Source: a virus
Direction: 5' to 3' (one strand)
DNA length: 64,000 nucleotides
Virus record (IMG/VR): IMGVR_UViG_3300045988_114753
Each line of letters opens with the position of its first letter. The first letter of the stretch is position 1. Positions 60,113 to 64,000 of the stretch are shown piece after piece. A program made the position numbers and the translations under genes. The notes beneath the pieces are model-generated. The model ran no database searches and had not been told where the DNA came from. It saw only the letters and a program-made list of their open reading frames with translations.

Positions 60113-61042
60113 ATGGAAACTAAAGAACTTTGTGAAAAGATTAAAATTTTATTAAAAAAGAAAAAGAGTTTTGTAGATATTTGTAAAGAGCTACAACTAA
60201 AGGATTACGAGGCAATCGGATTAGTTAATTTGATGAAACAAGATGGTGAATTGATTGATTATGTTAATGGTGAATTAGTAAGATTAAAAACACCGCCAAA
60301 GACTAATGATGTTTATCAAGTTTCTACAAATAGCACTCATATTCCACTATTATTAATAAGTGATACTCATTTATGTAGTAAATATGATAGATTAGACATT
60401 TTGCGTTATTTATATGATAAGGCAGAAGATAGAGGTATCAAATATATTTTGCATAGTGGAGATTTTACAGATGGTCGTTCTAATAGACCAGAACATATTT
60501 ATGAATTAAAAGAAACGTCGTATGAAGGACAAGTTGATTATTGTGTAGACAAATACCCAACTTTTAGTGGTAAAACTTATGTTATAAGCGGTAATCACGA
60601 TGATTGGTGGTATAAATCAACTGGTTCAGAAATAGTTAAAGCTATTGCTAAAAGAAGAGACGATATTGTTTACTTAGGTAGCGATGTTGCTGATTTGAAA
60701 ATTGGGAAATTAAAAATAAGATTATTTCACGGAAAAGGTGGAAATGCTTATGCAAAATCTTATAAGGTACAAAAATACTTAGACTCTATACCTTTAGAAG
60801 AAAGACCACATATATTGCAAACTGGGCACGTACATCAGAGTTTTTATATGAAACAAGATGATACACATTGCTTCCAAACTTCTTGCTTAGAAGATTTAAC
60901 TCCATTTGCTAGGAGTATGGGGCTTGCTAATGACAAGTCAGTTTGGTGGGTTGATGTTAATATTGACGATAGAGGAAAAATTGAAAGTATTAACCAAGAG
61001 TTAGAGACTTTCAATACAAAGAAGTTGGTGAGAAGAAAGTGA
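60113..61042 (+). CDS. calcineurin-like metallophosphoesterase with N-terminal winged-helix-like domain
   Basis: Motifs in order: LISDTHLC, SGDFTDG, SGNHDDW, FHGKGG, TGHVHQ. Confidence 0.7.
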   Translation: METKELCEKIKILLKKKKSFVDICKELQLKDYEAIGLVNLMKQDGELIDYVNGELVRLKTPPKTNDVYQVSTNSTHIPLLLISDTHLCSKYDRLDILRYLYDKAEDRGIKYILHSGDFTDGRSNRPEHIYELKETSYEGQVDYCVDKYPTFSGKTYVISGNHDDWWYKSTGSEIVKAIAKRRDDIVYLGSDVADLKIGKLKIRLFHGKGGNAYAKSYKVQKYLDSIPLEERPHILQTGHVHQSFYMKQDDTHCFQTSCLEDLTPFARSMGLANDKSVWWVDVNIDDRGKIESINQELETFNTKKLVRRK

Positions 61043-61239
61043 TTGATGCAGTCCTGAAACTTATATTGGCAGTTTTTGTATTGTCAATGATTATATTTCC
61101 AGTTTATGTTAATTTGTTTAAAGAACGATTGTGGGAATATGTGAAACAAAAGTTGGAAGAACAAGAAAAACACGATAAGTTAGTGAGAAATATGAAACAA
61201 AGGAAGAAGGGCAATCAAGGAAAAAGTATTATAAAATAG
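61039..61239 (+). CDS. small membrane protein
   Basis: GTG start overlapping the upstream stop. One TM helix (LILAVFVLSMIIFPVYV) and a basic tail. Confidence 0.6.
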   Translation: MIDAVLKLILAVFVLSMIIFPVYVNLFKERLWEYVKQKLEEQEKHDKLVRNMKQRKKGNQGKSIIK

Positions 61240-61251
61240 GGAGGCTATACT

Positions 61252-61767
61252 ATGATTTTGGGGTTAGATATGGCTACCAAAAAAACAGGATATGGTCTGC
61301 TTGACGAAGAGGCTAATCTGTATGATTATGGTGTCATTCGTACTACAAGTGAAGAGTCAAGAGATAGAATACGTGAAGTATACGATGCTATTGAGGCTAT
61401 AATTAACAAATATAATATAGAACATATGGTGTTTGAAGATGTGCCAGTAACAAATCATAATAATTTAAAGACTGGAAAAGATTTGTGTATATTGCAAGGT
61501 GCAATCTTATCGTTATGTTTTAAATATAATATAGAGTATTCTTTTTATGCTCCGTCTTCTTGGAGAAGTTTAATTGGAACTTATGATGGGACAAGACAGG
61601 GTATGAAAAGAGAAATTCAAAAGCAAAGAGCTGTAGATAGAGTAAATGAAATTTATAACTTAGGTTTTGTATATAATGCTACAGAGACCAAAACTAGACA
61701 TACAGATGATGATAAAGCAGAGGCTATATGTTTAGGATTGGCTTATATAGAAGATATTAGTAAATAA
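61252..61767 (+). CDS. RuvC-like Holliday junction resolvase
   Basis: N-terminal ILGLDMATKKTGYGLL and FEDV acidic motifs typical of the RuvC family. 171 aa. Confidence 0.7.
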   Translation: MILGLDMATKKTGYGLLDEEANLYDYGVIRTTSEESRDRIREVYDAIEAIINKYNIEHMVFEDVPVTNHNNLKTGKDLCILQGAILSLCFKYNIEYSFYAPSSWRSLIGTYDGTRQGMKREIQKQRAVDRVNEIYNLGFVYNATETKTRHTDDDKAEAICLGLAYIEDISK

Positions 61768-61778
61768 GGAGGATTATT

Positions 61779-62279
61779 ATGGAAGTTATTACAGTTAAAG
61801 AGAAAAAAATTACATTAAAGAAAGATTACTTAACAAATGGAGAGGTAAATTATATTGTAGGAGAGGTTTTAAAAATTTATGACCAATCAGGAGATATAGA
61901 TGGTTATGATTATAGTCCTTTAGCTATGATTACAAACTTTTACGCTTTATTGTTTGCAGAATGTATTGAAGGTTACGACCTTGATGATGTAGATATGTAT
62001 AATGAATATTATAATATCGGTACACAATATGAATTATTGAGAGTTGTAACTAATGCTGATGAGGCTTATCATTTAATGATGTCTTTATCAAAACAAATCA
62101 ATAGTATAGAAAATACTGTGAACAGAAGTCTTCAAAAAATTGTTGGTATGATTTCAGATAAAATACCTGATGCCAAAACTATGACAAAAATGGTTAATAA
62201 ATTACCAAAGGAATGGCAAAAGGCTGTAGATGATTACAACCAAATTACAGGTAAAGAAGAAATAAAAGAAGACGAATAA
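61779..62279 (+). CDS. hypothetical protein (possible tail assembly chaperone by position)
   Basis: 166 aa ORF from the track. Confidence 0.65.
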   Translation: MEVITVKEKKITLKKDYLTNGEVNYIVGEVLKIYDQSGDIDGYDYSPLAMITNFYALLFAECIEGYDLDDVDMYNEYYNIGTQYELLRVVTNADEAYHLMMSLSKQINSIENTVNRSLQKIVGMISDKIPDAKTMTKMVNKLPKEWQKAVDDYNQITGKEEIKEDE

Positions 62280-62292
62280 GTCTTCTTTTTTT
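62267..62292 (+). terminator. intrinsic terminator
   Basis: GAAGAC-gaataa-GTCTTC hairpin spanning the stop codon, followed by T8. Confidence 0.65.
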
Positions 62293-62329
62293 TAGGAAAT
62301 AACAAAAATTGAGGGAGGAGGCTGGGTTT

Positions 62330-62848
62330 ATGGCTAGTATCAATTATGTAGCCAGCACAACTCAATTAAACAAGGAATTATCAGATATATTAGAAAAGGT
62401 CATTGATGCTGTTTCTGAGACCCTATTAAAGGATTTTAGGCAGCATTTGGATGCTACTATTTATGCCGCTCCCAAAGGAGATTATGTTCGTAATCGTGAA
62501 AATGGGGGTTTTTATGCTGGTTGGGAAATAAAAAAAGACCAGTCAAGTGCACTTAAAGGTTATATTAGAAGATTAGCATTTGATGGAGGAAACTTAGTTG
62601 CCCCTTCTGATTATAATGGATGGGCTCACGGTGGTAATTGGGGAGGTTCACCAGGTGGAGACCAAAGAGGAAAAATGTATTGGATTTTAAACGATATACA
62701 ATCAAATAACGATTATTCTTATGCAGGTGGTGCTAAGTATTTAGAAAATAATGATGGATATTGGAATACATATTTGGCAAATATAGATGATAAAATAGAG
62801 AAATGGTTAAATGATGAATTTAAAAAATATGGAATAGTGAGGAGGTGA
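62330..62848 (+). CDS. hypothetical protein
   Basis: The ATG at 62330 after GGGAGGAGG is preferred over the track start at 62309. Gly/Trp-rich centre (GWAHGGNWGGSPGGDQRG). Confidence 0.7.
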   Translation: MASINYVASTTQLNKELSDILEKVIDAVSETLLKDFRQHLDATIYAAPKGDYVRNRENGGFYAGWEIKKDQSSALKGYIRRLAFDGGNLVAPSDYNGWAHGGNWGGSPGGDQRGKMYWILNDIQSNNDYSYAGGAKYLENNDGYWNTYLANIDDKIEKWLNDEFKKYGIVRR

Positions 62849-62857
62849 ATTTAGATT

Positions 62858-64000
62858 ATGAATAAGGAATTTTACATTAAATTACAAGCGAAGTTAGAAA
62901 ATAATGAAAAAACAGTTGCAGAGCTTAATAATCAGATTAAATCGCTACAAGGCAAAGTTTCAAAATTACAATTAAAGGTTGACTCACAAAAAGTTTCTAA
63001 AGCCGATAAACAATTAAAATCATTTAATGATACAGCTAAAGAAGGACAGAAACAGGCTGATAAATGGAATTATTCTTGGAGCAAAACTTTTCAATCGTTT
63101 ACCACATATATGTCTGTAACAACGGTGTTCTATCAAGTTATACATACAATAAAAGATATGATTAGTGAAGTTACCGACCTTGATGGGGCATTAGTAGAAT
63201 TGAAAAAAGTAACCGATTTAGAAGGAGAGTCTTTACAGAGATTTACAAAAGAAGCCTATGCTGCTGGTGCAAATGTTGCTAAAACTGGTACAGAAATGGT
63301 TGAGGCTGCTACATCATTTGCTAAGGCTGGTTACAATGAAGACCAAATTCTACAGCTTGGTGAAGTTGCTGCAATGTATACTAATATTGCTGACGAAGCT
63401 ATTAGTAGTGCCGATGCCGCAGATTTTATTATTGCACAATTAAAAGCATTTAATTTAGAGTCTGATGATTTGAACAAAACATTGGAAAATTCTTATCACA
63501 TTATAGATGCGGTTAATGAGGTTTCAAATAACTTTGCTGTAAGTTCTTCAGATATTGCTACTAATTTAGGTAAAGCAAGTTCAGTTATGGCGAACGCTGG
63601 TAACAGTATGGAACAAATGATTGGTTTAATGACTGCTGGTACTGAGGTAACACGTAATGCTAGTAAAGTGGCAAATGGATTAAAAACTATTACCCTACGT
63701 CTACAAGGAATGGACGATGAAGGAGAAAAGAACCTAGAATTAATGTCTCAAATGGAGGGATTATTTAATAAGTTAGGAAAGACGGTTTATAATACCGACG
63801 GTACGCTTAAAAATACTTATGATTTATTAGGTGAGTTAGCAGATGTTTATCCAACATTAACGGCTGCTGAAAAGGCGTATGTTACCGAAACTATTGCTGG
63901 TAAGTATCAAGCACAAAATGCTGCTGCTATTTTATCTAACTGGAAAACTGCTGTTGACGCAACTGCCACAGCATTAGACTCGCAAGGCAGTGCTATGAAA
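62858..64000 (+). CDS. tail tape measure protein, N-terminal part (continues beyond the window)
   Basis: Not in the track because no stop lies in the window. ATG at 62858 after GAGGAGGTG. Translation includes DLDGALVELKKVTDLEGESLQRFTKEAYAAGANVAKTGTEMVEAATSFAKAGY, typical of the TP901-type tape measure core. Confidence 0.8.
   Translation, partial: MNKEFYIKLQAKLENNEKTVAELNNQIKSLQGKVSKLQLKVDSQKVSKADKQLKSFNDTAKEGQKQADKWNYSWSKTFQSFTTYMSVTTVFYQVIHTIKDMISEVTDLDGALVELKKVTDLEGESLQRFTKEAYAAGANVAKTGTEMVEAATSFAKAGYNEDQILQLGEVAAMYTNIADEAISSADAADFIIAQLKAFNLESDDLNKTLENSYHIIDAVNEVSNNFAVSSSDIATNLGKASSVMANAGNSMEQMIGLMTAGTEVTRNASKVANGLKTITLRLQGMDDEGEKNLELMSQMEGLFNKLGKTVYNTDGTLKNTYDLLGELADVYPTLTAAEKAYVTETIAGKYQAQNAAAILSNWKTAVDATATALDSQGSAMK

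Overview
AT-rich (about 30% GC by eye) segment of a tailed phage or prophage from a low-GC Gram-positive host, judged from strong GGAGG Shine-Dalgarno sites and TGnTATAAT promoters. It has three parts. (1) 1-28.1 kb holds about 85 tightly packed, mostly small and acidic genes, all on the - strand. Recognisable products are a radical SAM protein, a tyrosine recombinase, an HNH endonuclease, an HTH protein, an SprT-like metalloprotease and a PcfJ-like protein. This block also holds six tandem paralogs with an invariant N-terminal FETNSSSTH motif. It is punctuated by nine copies of a ~48 bp promoter-like repeat: a conserved ACTTCCCTAC box in place of a -35, an extended -10 and a conserved leader. 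(2) 28.1-30.9 kb is a control region. It contains three tandem copies of that repeat, a GC-rich GTTCGC iteron cluster, divergent consensus sigma-A promoters and two small + strand genes. It also has about 1 kb with no credible ORF that is compositionally foreign: an almost G-free tract, CTTAAG-centred palindromes and dispersed repeat modules. A tiny self-contained peptide gene closes the region. (3) 30.9-64 kb is a + strand block. It starts with small early-type genes (Zn ribbons, acidic proteins), a 3D-domain protein and a GHKL-type ATPase. A two-gene - strand insert follows (SF2-like ATPase plus Zn-ribbon protein). Next come an HAD 5'-nucleotidase, a dNMP kinase, a 916 aa YonO/RdRP-like single-subunit RNA polymerase candidate (DFDGD motif) and a metallophosphoesterase. 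The morphogenesis module completes the block: terminase, portal, scaffold, capsid, connectors, an Ig-domain major tail protein and the start of the tape measure. An accessory island (RuvC-like resolvase, second metallophosphoesterase, GAF-like protein, and a tRNA-like acceptor/T-arm minihelix ending in CCA) sits between the major tail gene and the tape measure gene. All functional names come from motifs read by eye; no database search was possible.
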